Shown here one piece after another: positions 37,472-47,315 of a stretch of DNA of 54,099 bases. The stretch comes from Candidatus Staskawiczbacteria bacterium (GTDB lineage: Bacteria > Patescibacteriota > Minisyncoccia > Minisyncoccales > Staskawiczbacteraceae). The position numbers and the translations under genes were made by a program. Position 1 is the stretch's first letter, and every line of letters begins with the position of its first letter. The stretch covers positions 1 through 54,099 of the forward strand of contig VGLO01000001.1 of NCBI GenBank assembly GCA_016866675.1, read 5' to 3'. The notes under the pieces were generated by a model, which had not been told where the DNA came from, did not search any database, and saw nothing but the letters and a program-made list of their open reading frames with translations.

Positions 37472-38335
37472 TTAGGCTTTGCCTTCACTCCCAAAGAGCT
37501 TAATTTTCTCTTCAATCACCTTCTGCACCTCATTAATTGAGTTTTGCAGGTATTTATATGGAGTTATTTGATCTTTATTGGCATCCAGCGTATTTCTGAG
37601 TGTTTTGGTATAAGCCAGCCTCGTTTCTGTATTAATATTTATTTTTACAATTCCCAGTTTTATCCCCTCCTTAATGTCTTCTTCTGGGGTGCCTGATCCT
37701 CCGTGCAATACCATGGCAATTCCCACATTTTCTTTCAAATCTTTTAACCTATCAAGTTTTAAATGAGGTGAGACGCCGCTGGCATCAATTCCGTGAAAAG
37801 TTCCGATAGAAACCGCCATAACATCAATATGGGCTTTTTTTAAATACTCCTTTGCCTCATCCACCTTGGTTAAATCTTCTTCTTTAATTTGAAACTTTTC
37901 TGTGTACAGTTTTGAAGCATCAGTCCCAAACCTGCCGACTTCACCTTCAACGACGATCCCCTTCCACTTCCCAAAGGCAACAACTTCTACGCTTTTTTTA
38001 ATGTTCTCATCTAAAGGAAGCTTTGAGCCGTCAAAGTGAATCATGTCGTATCCTGCAGCTACCGCCTCCTTTAAATAGTCCACCGATTTTCCGTGATCTA
38101 AATTCAAAAAAATTGGCACTCCCGTTTTCTTTCTCAAAGCATCTCTCATGGCCACTGCCTCTTGTAAACCAACAAATTTGGCTTCACCTTCTGAAGTCCC
38201 CAAAATAATTGGAGATTTCATATTTTGAGCCGCTTGAACAATCCCCCTTACCTGAGACCAATCAGAAAAGTTAAACTGCCCAATCGCCCACCCCTCTTTA
38301 TACGCTTTGTCTAAATAATATTTTAAATTTTTCAT
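37472..38335 (-). CDS. fba: class II fructose-bisphosphate aldolase
   Basis: LDHG..., HGGSG... class II FBA/tagatose-BP aldolase motifs. Confidence 0.9.
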   Translation of the reverse strand: MKNLKYYLDKAYKEGWAIGQFNFSDWSQVRGIVQAAQNMKSPIILGTSEGEAKFVGLQEAVAMRDALRKKTGVPIFLNLDHGKSVDYLKEAVAAGYDMIHFDGSKLPLDENIKKSVEVVAFGKWKGIVVEGEVGRFGTDASKLYTEKFQIKEEDLTKVDEAKEYLKKAHIDVMAVSIGTFHGIDASGVSPHLKLDRLKDLKENVGIAMVLHGGSGTPEEDIKEGIKLGIVKININTETRLAYTKTLRNTLDANKDQITPYKYLQNSINEVQKVIEEKIKLFGSEGKA

Positions 38336-38338
38336 AAA

Positions 38339-39364
38339 TTATTTCACCAGACAAATATTATTGTCGCACTCTTCCCTTAAAACTTCTACCCTCGTAAAAT
38401 TTTCTCCTTTTTTAAGTAGGCCATTTTTTGCGCCTATTTGACTTATACATTCTTCTGAATTTGCCATTCCAAGCTGAATTGCATATTCAATATCTCCCTT
38501 ACTATGAATAAAACCAGACACAAATCCTGCCCCAAAAGCATCTCCTGCTCCCGTAGTATCAACCACCTCTCTTTTTTCATTCGGCTTTGCTTTGAAAATT
38601 TGCTTGCCATCTGAAACTACCACACCTTCGCCTCCTTTTGTCATTACAGCAATACCGGGACAAATTTCATCTATTTTTCTAAAAATATCAGCCTCTCTAT
38701 TAAATGTAATTTTTGTTAAAAAACTTGCTTCTTCTTGATTTAAAATTAAAATATCAATTTTTTTTGCAATATCGTAAAAATGTGGTAATGAAAGTTGTGC
38801 CATGCCGGGATTTGCAGCAATTTTTATTTTGTTTTTACTTGCAAAATCAACAATTTCTTCAAAAGCTTTACACATTTGACCAGACAAAGGCGCTAAATAA
38901 AACCACTTTGCTTTTAGTTTGCCAAAATTAATTCCATTTTTACTTAAAACTTCAGAGGCTCCCCTGTAAGCTAAAATTGTTCTTTCTTTATTTGAATCTA
39001 AAATAACTATTGAATGGTTTGTTGGCTTTTCGTTGCTTTTTTGAATAAGACCTGTGTTAATTTTTAAGTTTTTTAATTCTTTAATAATTTCCTGGCTAGC
39101 TAAATCCTCTCCTAGGCCACCAAAAAACGCTGTTTTAAAGCCTTGTTTGGCAAAAGTTGCAGAAGTATTGGTACCACCCCCTCCACTCATAAAATTTATT
39201 TGCTCAACATCAATTTTAGATCCCAATGGAAAACAAACTCCAGTGCTTTCTATATTTTCAGTAGAACTATTAGAGCCTGCGGGATTATATTTCAAAACAG
39301 TTAAGTTTTTAGGCTTTACAATTATGTCCCTTGTAGCTGAACCAAAGGTTATAATGTCGTACAT
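38339..39364 (-). CDS. PfkB-family carbohydrate kinase
   Basis: GGGGTN and the C-terminal DTTGAGDAFGAGF (anion hole/catalytic Asp). Confidence 0.85.
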   Translation of the reverse strand: MYDIITFGSATRDIIVKPKNLTVLKYNPAGSNSSTENIESTGVCFPLGSKIDVEQINFMSGGGGTNTSATFAKQGFKTAFFGGLGEDLASQEIIKELKNLKINTGLIQKSNEKPTNHSIVILDSNKERTILAYRGASEVLSKNGINFGKLKAKWFYLAPLSGQMCKAFEEIVDFASKNKIKIAANPGMAQLSLPHFYDIAKKIDILILNQEEASFLTKITFNREADIFRKIDEICPGIAVMTKGGEGVVVSDGKQIFKAKPNEKREVVDTTGAGDAFGAGFVSGFIHSKGDIEYAIQLGMANSEECISQIGAKNGLLKKGENFTRVEVLREECDNNICLVK

Positions 39365-39385
39365 ATGAAAATTATTCTAATTAAA

Positions 39386-41788
39386 CTAAATACTCTGATT
39401 AGGCATTTTTTTCTTTTCTTTTTCTGAAATCATTAACATCGTCTTTATAATTGAGTCTGGGTTTAATGAAATTGACTCTATTCCGGTATTTACTAAAAAT
39501 TCAGCAAAATTTGGAAAGTCGCTTGGCCCTTGTCCGCATATTCCAGAGTACTTTCCTTTTTCTTTACAAATTTTGACTGCTTGTTCAATTAATTTTTTCA
39601 CGGCTTCATTTTTTTCATTTCCAATACTAGCAATTTCAGAATTATCTCGGTCTAATCCCAAAGTTAATTGAGTTAAATCGTTGGACCCTATTGAAAAACC
39701 GTCAAAAATTTCTAGAAATTCTTCTGCTAAAATTACGTTTGACGGAATTTCACACATGACAAATACCTTCAATCCCCTTTGTCCCTTTTCTAGACCAGCC
39801 TCCTTCATAATTTTTAAAACCTTCTCTCCTTCTTCAACTGTTCTGCAAAATGGAACCATTACTTGCACATTATCAATTCCAAATTCCTCTCTTACTTTTT
39901 TAATTGCCTTACATTCTAAAATAAAAGCTTCCTTAAATTTTTCATCATAATATCTAGATGCTCCTCTAAAACCAATCATGGGATTTCTTTCTTCATCTGA
40001 TTCATATAAATGACCTCCCAAAAGTTCTCTATATTCGTTTGTTTTAAAGTCAGAAAACCTTACAATAACTTGCTTTGGATAAAAGGCCGCTCCAATTTTT
40101 CCAACTCCCTCTGCTAATTTATCAACATAAAAATCAACCTTATTGCTGTATCCTAGGGTTAACTTATCAATTTGTTTCTTTAAACTACTTGGGAGTTTTT
40201 TATAATTAATTAAAGCGTTTGGATGGATTTTAATGGTATTTGCAATAATTAATTCCTCACGAGCCAACCCAACACCATCATTTGGTATAAAACTTAGATT
40301 AAACGCCTGACTTGGATCAGCCAAATTCATTTCTATTTTTATTTTTGGTTTTTCTACTTTTGAAATATCAGTTTTTTTTACCTCAAACTTAATTAAGCCT
40401 TCGTAAGCTAGTCCCTCTTCACCCCCAGAACAATCAACTGTGATTTCTTTGCCGGTTTTAATTGTTTTTGTAGCGTTATCTGTCCCAACAATACATGGAA
40501 TTCCTAATTCCCTTGAAACAATTGCTGCGTGGGCTGTCCTACCCCCTTGATCTGTAATAATAGCCGAAGCCAATTTCATTGCTGGTACCCAATCTGGGTC
40601 GGTCATGCCGGTAACCAAAATTTCTCCTTTTTTAAACTTGTTAATATCTTTTGCAGACATTATTTTATTTGCCTTTCCAGAGCCAATCTTACTTCCAACA
40701 CTCATACCACCAGCCAAAACCTTCAACTTTTTTGACCTATCAATAACGTAATCTTCTAAAATATTTACATTCCTCTTACTTTGAACAGTTTCTGGTCTTG
40801 CTTGAACAATATACAACTTCCCTTCTTTTCCATCTTTTGCCCACTCCATGTCCATGGGTTTTTGATAATGTTCTTCAACCAACATTGACCACTTTGCCAA
40901 TGTTAAAATTTCTTCATCAGACAAAACAAAATTATTCCTTTCTTTTTCTGTAGTGTTGATATTTTTTGTAGGCTTTGATTTATTTTTGTCATAAATCATC
41001 TTTAACAATTTTGACCCAACTTTCTTTTCAATAATTGGTTTAAACTCTGTTTTTAAAGTAGTCTCAAAAACATAGTACTGATCTGGCTCAACTCTTCCTA
41101 AAACAACATTTTCTCCTAATCCATAACTTGCATTTATTAAAACAGCGTCTGCAAATCCAGACTCTGTATCACATGAAAACATTACTCCAGAGGCTCCAAC
41201 GTCCGACCTCACCATTTTTTGCACTCCAGCTGACAAGCCAACCTTCATATGAGAAAAACCCATTTCCTGTCTGTATGCAATAGCTCTGTCAGTAAAAAGC
41301 GACGCAAAACACTTTTTAACTGCCTCAACTACATTGTTTTCCCCTGAAATATTCAAATATGTCTCCTGTTGCCCAGCAAAAGAAGCTCCAGGTAAGTCTT
41401 CTGCGGTAGCAGAAGACCTTACGGCAACATCTACTTCTCTGGCTCCATAAGAATTTGATAGCTCTTTATAAAAAAAACCAATCTCTTTTTGTAAATCTTC
41501 TGGGAAAGTTGCAGCCAGAATGGCTTCCCTCGCTTCCCTTCCTTTTGCCTGAAGCATTTTTAGATTATGCACATCAAGATTTTTTAAAATGCCATCAATT
41601 TGTTTATCAAGACCTGTCTCTTTTAAAAAAGCAAAGTAGGCATCCGCGGTAATTGCAAAACCATTAGCACAATTTACTCCTTTTGGGATTAAATTATTAT
41701 AAAGCTCTCCAAGTGAAGCGTTTTTTCCACCCACAACACTAACATCTTTAATCCCTAAGTCTTTAAACCAAATAATATTTTTCTCCAT
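39386..41788 (-). CDS. ppsA: phosphoenolpyruvate synthase (pyruvate, water dikinase)
   Basis: ATP-grasp N-domain, phospho-His domain (GGRTAHAAIVSRELGIP), PEP-utilising TIM barrel. Confidence 0.9.
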   Translation of the reverse strand: MEKNIIWFKDLGIKDVSVVGGKNASLGELYNNLIPKGVNCANGFAITADAYFAFLKETGLDKQIDGILKNLDVHNLKMLQAKGREAREAILAATFPEDLQKEIGFFYKELSNSYGAREVDVAVRSSATAEDLPGASFAGQQETYLNISGENNVVEAVKKCFASLFTDRAIAYRQEMGFSHMKVGLSAGVQKMVRSDVGASGVMFSCDTESGFADAVLINASYGLGENVVLGRVEPDQYYVFETTLKTEFKPIIEKKVGSKLLKMIYDKNKSKPTKNINTTEKERNNFVLSDEEILTLAKWSMLVEEHYQKPMDMEWAKDGKEGKLYIVQARPETVQSKRNVNILEDYVIDRSKKLKVLAGGMSVGSKIGSGKANKIMSAKDINKFKKGEILVTGMTDPDWVPAMKLASAIITDQGGRTAHAAIVSRELGIPCIVGTDNATKTIKTGKEITVDCSGGEEGLAYEGLIKFEVKKTDISKVEKPKIKIEMNLADPSQAFNLSFIPNDGVGLAREELIIANTIKIHPNALINYKKLPSSLKKQIDKLTLGYSNKVDFYVDKLAEGVGKIGAAFYPKQVIVRFSDFKTNEYRELLGGHLYESDEERNPMIGFRGASRYYDEKFKEAFILECKAIKKVREEFGIDNVQVMVPFCRTVEEGEKVLKIMKEAGLEKGQRGLKVFVMCEIPSNVILAEEFLEIFDGFSIGSNDLTQLTLGLDRDNSEIASIGNEKNEAVKKLIEQAVKICKEKGKYSGICGQGPSDFPNFAEFLVNTGIESISLNPDSIIKTMLMISEKEKKKMPNQSI

Positions 41789-41856
41789 TTTATTTTAATT
41801 TGATTATATTTAAGGTAATTAAACTAGTATATCATTTATAAAAAATAGCAACAACT

Positions 41857-41885
41857 TTGACAAAATTTATTTTTTAAACTATCAT
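41857..41885 (+). promoter_or_regulatory. promoter TTGACA-17-TATCAT
   Basis: -35 at 41857-41862, -10 at 41880-41885. The transcript would start near AAGAAC (41891). Confidence 0.55.
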
Positions 41886-41890
41886 TCCAT

Positions 41891-42148
41891 AAAGAACTAA
41901 AGCGAGGAAAATTGGGAAGTCTTCCATTAAGGCATTTCATGGTGGTGCCGTAAGTATGTCTAGCAAGACTCTCTCTTGGTGCAAGCAAGAAGAGTTAAGC
42001 GAAGTACTGGGAAGGCTACAATCAGCTCCAAAAGAGCAGGACAAAGTCGGATAATTCTCGAGGAACCTCTGCTCCTATCGAGATAAGCCGATGCCAACTA
42101 CCTCGCTAAATCAAAACCCCCAAGACACTTTTGTCTTGGGGGTTTCTT
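41891..42148 (+). ncRNA. unassigned structured RNA (about 260 nt)
   Basis: Consensus promoter. Closing helix AGCGAGG/CCTCGCT. Internal helices ACTCTCTCTTG/CAAGAAGAGT, GAGCAG/CTGCTC and TCGGATAATTCTCGA/TCGAGATAAGCCGA. Strong terminator AAACCCCCAAGACACTTTTGTCTTGGGGGTTT. No ORF. Confidence 0.55.
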
Positions 42149-42179
42149 AAAAAAATAAGTGAAAAGTTACTTGTTTTTT

Positions 42180-43142
42180 TTATTTTTCTGCCACAAATTC
42201 TGTAAATTCTGCGAGTCTACAGCTAAACCCCCACTCGTTATCATACCATCCTACTACTTTTACTAAGTTTCCATTTACCATAGTTAAGTTGGCATCCAAA
42301 ATGGAAGAATAACTATCTCCCTTGAAGTCCGTGGATACTAACTCTTCCTCTTCTACTCGTAGAATGCCCTTGAAATTCTTGGAAGCTGAAGCTTTTTTAA
42401 AAACCTCATTAACCTCCTCAACTGTTGTTTCTTTTTCAACTACAACAATAACATCTAAACTAGAAACTACTGGCGTTGGTACTCTCATAGAAATACCGTC
42501 TAATTTTCCATTGAGCTCAGGAATCATTTTGCCAATAGCTTTTGCTGCTCCGGTTGAAGTTGGAATAATATTAACGGCTGCAGCTCTAGCCCTTCTTAAA
42601 TCCTTGTGAGGTAAATCAAGTATCTTTTGATCATTTGTATAGCTGTGTACGGTTGTCATAAAACCCTTTTGAATCACAAAGTTGTCATTTAATATCTTGG
42701 CAATGGGGGCTAAACAATTAGTAGTACAGCTTCCCATATCAAAAACATCATCCTTTGAAATATCAAAGCTATCAGTGTTTACACCTAAAACATACCCTGC
42801 TGTATCTTTGCATGGTCCTGATATAATCACCTTTTTAGCTCCCGCCTTAATATGCTTTTCTCCTCCCTCCTTGGTTGTAAATAGCCCAGTGCACTCTAGC
42901 ACAATATCAACTTCCATGCTTTTCCAAGGAAGCTTCTCGGGATCTTTTTCTGCAAAAACTTTTTCTGGTAATTTGCCATCATAAAAACCATAGCTTGAGT
43001 CGTGGCGCAATAGATGCAGAAGTGTTTTATCATCAGTCAAATCATTAATTGCAACTACCTCCATATTTGGATGATTTTCAGAAATTCTGCGATATACCTG
43101 CCTGCCTATTCTACCAAATCCATTTATTGCTACTTTAATCAT
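42180..43142 (-). CDS. gap: glyceraldehyde-3-phosphate dehydrogenase
   Basis: INGFGRIGR and SCTTNCLAP. Confidence 0.95.
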   Translation of the reverse strand: MIKVAINGFGRIGRQVYRRISENHPNMEVVAINDLTDDKTLLHLLRHDSSYGFYDGKLPEKVFAEKDPEKLPWKSMEVDIVLECTGLFTTKEGGEKHIKAGAKKVIISGPCKDTAGYVLGVNTDSFDISKDDVFDMGSCTTNCLAPIAKILNDNFVIQKGFMTTVHSYTNDQKILDLPHKDLRRARAAAVNIIPTSTGAAKAIGKMIPELNGKLDGISMRVPTPVVSSLDVIVVVEKETTVEEVNEVFKKASASKNFKGILRVEEEELVSTDFKGDSYSSILDANLTMVNGNLVKVVGWYDNEWGFSCRLAEFTEFVAEK

Positions 43143-43144
43143 AT

Positions 43145-43375
43145 TTATTTTAGATTTAATAACTCATCCACTCGCTTCTTATCAAAACCAATAACAACAT
43201 TTCCATCAATGTCTATTACAGGTACTCCCATTTGTCCTGAGATTGCCACCATTTTTTCTAGCTCTTTTTCATCTTTTGAAACATCAATATCTTTGTACTC
43301 AATATTTTTTGACTTTAAGTACTCCATTAAAGAATGACAGTAAACACAAGTTGGTGTTGAATAAATTATTACCAT
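43145..43375 (-). CDS. glutaredoxin/NrdH-like thiol-disulfide protein
   Basis: 76 aa, CVYC active site, GVPVI. Confidence 0.8.
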   Translation of the reverse strand: MVIIYSTPTCVYCHSLMEYLKSKNIEYKDIDVSKDEKELEKMVAISGQMGVPVIDIDGNVVIGFDKKRVDELLNLK

Positions 43376-43377
43376 AT

Positions 43378-44385
43378 TTACTTATTTATAATTTTATCAA
43401 TTTTCTCCTTAAATACTTCAAAGGGAACAGACCCCGAAACCAATTCTCCATTAACAAATGTTGCCGGAGTTCCATCGACTCCTTTTGCAGATCCCTCTGC
43501 CAAATCGTCCTTCACTTTCTTTTCATATTTTGAGGAATCCAAGCAATTGTTAAATTGATTAGCGTTTAACCCAAGTTGTACTGCCCATTGTTTAAACTTT
43601 ACAACACTAAACCCACTTTTTTGATTTGCAAACAGTAAGTCATGATATTCCCAAAACTTTCCTTGCTCTGATGAGCACTCAGAAGCCTCGGCGGCCTTTT
43701 GAGCATTTGGGTGTATATTTGAAAGCGGATAGTGCTTATAAACTAATCTAACTGTATCCTTATATTCAGAAAGAATCCTCTCTATGGTAGGCACATGCCT
43801 TTCGCAAAAAGGACACTCAAAATCAGAAAACTCAACCAATGTCACTGGGGCATTAATATTTCCTTTAATATGATTATCACTAGTTATATTAAATGAAACA
43901 TTTCCTTCCGGCTGAACGCCTGAATTACTAGGTCCTGTCAGTAAATATGCTTGTGGGAAAAATAACTTTCCATCTTTTGTAATATAGCTGTCATAACTAT
44001 TTGTATCAATATTAACCTTAAACTTAATAATTCCGCTTTCCTCTGTTATATTTGAAGCTGTAGCCTTTTGTCCTTGCAATAAATTATTATTTAGGTAATC
44101 AATTGCATTATCTACAGCCTCCTGTCTAGATACTGGGCTAAATGAAAACATTCCACCAGAAGATGAGTTAATAAAAATTAAAACACCTGTAATTATTACA
44201 ACTGCAACAGCAATTGCAATTATTATAAAATTTTTATTAAATCTCATTTTATGTGGCTCAAGCATTTTTGGAGGCTCGTAATTACTCTGGGGTTGAGCTC
44301 TCATTGATTGCTCTGAATCACTGCCTGTCATGTTTCCTGAATTATTTAGTTGATTTTCTTGCATTATATTTTTTAATCTGCTCAA
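43378..44385 (-). CDS. membrane-anchored DsbA-family thioredoxin-fold protein
   Basis: TM helix, then FSDFECPFC (CxxC) and GTPATFVNG. The start is TTG at 44385 or ATG at 44364. Confidence 0.8.
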   Translation of the reverse strand: MSRLKNIMQENQLNNSGNMTGSDSEQSMRAQPQSNYEPPKMLEPHKMRFNKNFIIIAIAVAVVIITGVLIFINSSSGGMFSFSPVSRQEAVDNAIDYLNNNLLQGQKATASNITEESGIIKFKVNIDTNSYDSYITKDGKLFFPQAYLLTGPSNSGVQPEGNVSFNITSDNHIKGNINAPVTLVEFSDFECPFCERHVPTIERILSEYKDTVRLVYKHYPLSNIHPNAQKAAEASECSSEQGKFWEYHDLLFANQKSGFSVVKFKQWAVQLGLNANQFNNCLDSSKYEKKVKDDLAEGSAKGVDGTPATFVNGELVSGSVPFEVFKEKIDKIINK

Positions 44386-44431
44386 ACATGCAAAACATAT
44401 TTTAACAGAAAAATTTTAATTATTATTAATT

Positions 44432-45097
44432 CTACACCTTGTGATATTTCCCGTCAAATTCATATTTAACCAATCCTGCAAAAGGTATTTCCACCTCGCC
44501 CATTCTTTCTGTGGGAATATTTTCTATACATTTTATAATAGACCTTAATGGATGATGACTTGAAACAACAAGAATATTTTTCCCATTAATCAACTCCTTT
44601 TCAATATATTCTTTAAAAAATGGTACTGTCCTATTATAAACATCCTCCCCACTCTCTCCTTTTGGCGGAGCATCTGTATAGCTTGTTCTCCAAAGCTTCA
44701 CCTGATCTTCTCCATACTTTTTCTTGGTTTCAGCTTTATTTAGTCCTTGAAGCTCACCATAATATCGCTCATTTAACTTTTCAGAAACATAGGTATTCAC
44801 ATCTTTGTCTCCAATATCTTCAAAATTTCCCCATTCTTGCATTTTCCCTCCGTCTAAATTGATAAAAAATGGATATTTTCCATCTTCAAAATTATTGAAA
44901 ATCTCAACAACAGTTTGCATATTTCTCATTAATGGAGAGGTAAACACAATATCAATGGGTTGACCCATGAGTTTTTGAGCAACATCTTTGGATGTTTTTA
45001 AGCTTTCTTTTGCTACTGGTGCATTTGTCCATCCAGCAAAACGATCTTCCATGTTCCATTGTGACTTTAAATGCCTTTGTAAATATAATTTTGCCAT
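44432..45097 (-). CDS. gpmA: histidine phosphatase family, 2,3-BPG-dependent phosphoglycerate mutase-like
   Basis: LQRHLKSQWN..RFAGWTN (RHG-type motif variant) and SSHHPLRS. Confidence 0.75.
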   Translation of the reverse strand: MAKLYLQRHLKSQWNMEDRFAGWTNAPVAKESLKTSKDVAQKLMGQPIDIVFTSPLMRNMQTVVEIFNNFEDGKYPFFINLDGGKMQEWGNFEDIGDKDVNTYVSEKLNERYYGELQGLNKAETKKKYGEDQVKLWRTSYTDAPPKGESGEDVYNRTVPFFKEYIEKELINGKNILVVSSHHPLRSIIKCIENIPTERMGEVEIPFAGLVKYEFDGKYHKV

Positions 45098-45099
45098 AG

Positions 45100-46311
45100 T
45101 TAAATTTTTTTACTTAATTCTTGCTCAATCTCCAATAATCTGTCGTACTTTACGATTCTTACATCCTTAGTATAGGCTCCTGACTTTATAAATTCAGCTC
45201 CCACACCAACGGCCAAGTCAGCAATAAAGTTGTCCATGGTTTCTCCTGATCGGTGAGAAACCATAATTTTCCAGCCGTAAGACTTTGCCAAGTTTACCGC
45301 CTCAATTGTTTCAGATACTGTGCCAATTTGATTTAGCTTAATAATAATTCCGTTGGCAGCTTTCTTTGATTCCGCCTCTTTAATCATCTTAATATTTGTT
45401 GTTGTTAAGTCGTCTCCAATAATAACAACTTCAGACAATTCTCTGTGTAATTCTTTAAAACCTTCCCAATCACTTTCGGCAAAAGGGTCTTCAATCGAAA
45501 TAATCGGAAACCTTGAAGATAAATCCTTATAAAACTCAACTAATTCATTTCTTGAAAGCTGTTTTCCTTCTTCTACTTCGTACTTTCCACCTCTAAAAAA
45601 CTCTGAGGCAGCACAATCCATAGCAATTCCCACGTCTTTGTGGTCACCAATTGCGCTTTTAATTAAAAGTAATGCCTGTTCTGCGTTTGCAATTTGTGGC
45701 GCATATCCGCCTTCGTCTCCCATTTCAGGTAAATCCCCTTGTTGCTTTAGCAATTCTGTCAGCTTATTAAAAACATCACTTCCTAACTTTAAATTTTCAA
45801 TAAAAGTCTTTTTTTGAGGAACCACCATAAACTCCTGAAATTCCAATTCGTTTTTAGCGTGAGCTCCCCCGTTTAAAATATTAAAGCTTGGCAGGGGCAT
45901 TGAAATTTTATTTCCTGAAATTTCTGAAATGTGCTTATATAAAGAAATTTTCTTTGCAGCAGCTCCCGCTCGGCAAACAGCCATAGAAACAGGCAAAATA
46001 GCATTTGCTCCAAGTTTTGACTTGTTTTCTGTCCCATCTAAAGCCTGCATTAAGTCATCAATTTCTTTTTGGTTTGAAGGATCTTTGCCAATTAGCTTTG
46101 GCGCAATAATTTTATTTACATTATCAATTGCTTTTGAAACTCCCCTTTTATCATCATCTCGCAATTCCAAGGCTTCGTTGGCTCCTGTTGAAGCCCCTGA
46201 TGGACAAGAAGCCACAAAACTTCCCCTATCTGTTTCTAATTCAACCTCAACGGTTGGCTTTCCTCGTGAATCTTTAATTTCTCGCGCAATAATATTTATA
46301 ATTTTACTCAT
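45100..46311 (-). CDS. eno: enolase
   Basis: SRGKPTVEVE..., SHRSGET, KLNQIGT. Confidence 0.95.
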   Translation of the reverse strand: MSKIINIIAREIKDSRGKPTVEVELETDRGSFVASCPSGASTGANEALELRDDDKRGVSKAIDNVNKIIAPKLIGKDPSNQKEIDDLMQALDGTENKSKLGANAILPVSMAVCRAGAAAKKISLYKHISEISGNKISMPLPSFNILNGGAHAKNELEFQEFMVVPQKKTFIENLKLGSDVFNKLTELLKQQGDLPEMGDEGGYAPQIANAEQALLLIKSAIGDHKDVGIAMDCAASEFFRGGKYEVEEGKQLSRNELVEFYKDLSSRFPIISIEDPFAESDWEGFKELHRELSEVVIIGDDLTTTNIKMIKEAESKKAANGIIIKLNQIGTVSETIEAVNLAKSYGWKIMVSHRSGETMDNFIADLAVGVGAEFIKSGAYTKDVRIVKYDRLLEIEQELSKKI

Positions 46312-46394
46312 TTTATTTTTTAAACTTTATTTATTTTTCTTAATACCATTTTATATATATTCTTAATGTCTGGTATCAGTGAAAGTTAATGTTG

Positions 46395-47315
46395 CTAACT
46401 AACTTTCCTGATATAATTATATGCACTCAAGGCTGCCAAGGCTCCCTGCCCTGAGGCCATGACAATTTGCTTATATCGGGAAACATTACAATCACCGGCT
46501 GAAAATAATCCTGGAGTTTTTGTTTCCAATGTTTCTGAGTTAAATATTACTTCATTTTTTTCGTTTAAGTCAACAAGATTTCCTAAAAAGTTAGTCGATG
46601 GACTATATCCAATTTCTACAAATACTCCGCTCACATCTATTTTTTTCTCCTTCTTATTTGCTCTATCTTCATAATAAATTGCGCTCACAAACACCTTTCC
46701 TTCAATTTTCGTAACCTGTGCATTGGTAATCACCTCAATATTTGGATTTTTGGCCACCAATTCTTGGTTTTCAGCATCGGCATTGGCTTTTTCGCCATAT
46801 TCCAATACTTTTACGCTTTTTACATAGTTAGACAAAAACACGGCGGTTTCAAAACCATTGTTTCCGCCACCAACTACAGCAACGTCTTTATTTTTAAACA
46901 CTGGACCATCGCATAATGAGCAGTAACTTACCCCTTTTCCGGCAAATTCTTCCTCACCAGGCACATGAATAAGCTTTGATTCTGCCCCAGAAGTAACAAT
47001 TACCGAAATTGCCTTGTATTCCTTATCATCAACTGTTTTTACTGAAAATATATTATCGTTTTTTTCAATTCCCACAACTTCTCCAAGTGTTACAGAAAGG
47101 TCATTAGCCTTTAATTGTTTTTTGTATAAGTCAACCAAATCAGGACCAGAGATTTTTTCAAATCCCGGATAGTTTTCAATATCCACTGCTTTTTTTGCAA
47201 CCTGACCTCCAATATCTTTTGAAAGCATCAGAATACTTAATTTTTGGCGAGTAGCATAAACAGCAGCTGATACGCCAGCTGGTCCAGCTCCAATAATAAT
47301 TAAGTCGTACGTCAT
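46395..47315 (-). CDS. trxB: thioredoxin-disulfide reductase
   Basis: GAGPAG, redox CSLCDG variant of CATCDG, GGGNNG. Confidence 0.9.
   Translation of the reverse strand: MTYDLIIIGAGPAGVSAAVYATRQKLSILMLSKDIGGQVAKKAVDIENYPGFEKISGPDLVDLYKKQLKANDLSVTLGEVVGIEKNDNIFSVKTVDDKEYKAISVIVTSGAESKLIHVPGEEEFAGKGVSYCSLCDGPVFKNKDVAVVGGGNNGFETAVFLSNYVKSVKVLEYGEKANADAENQELVAKNPNIEVITNAQVTKIEGKVFVSAIYYEDRANKKEKKIDVSGVFVEIGYSPSTNFLGNLVDLNEKNEVIFNSETLETKTPGLFSAGDCNVSRYKQIVMASGQGALAALSAYNYIRKVS

Noticed and set aside
37263-37475. The 70 aa plus-strand ORF between rplY and fba
   Set aside because: It has no SD despite being on the cassette strand. The sequence is dominated by RNA hairpins and Gly/Ala/Val runs that stem from GC-rich stems. 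It is treated as an sRNA candidate instead.
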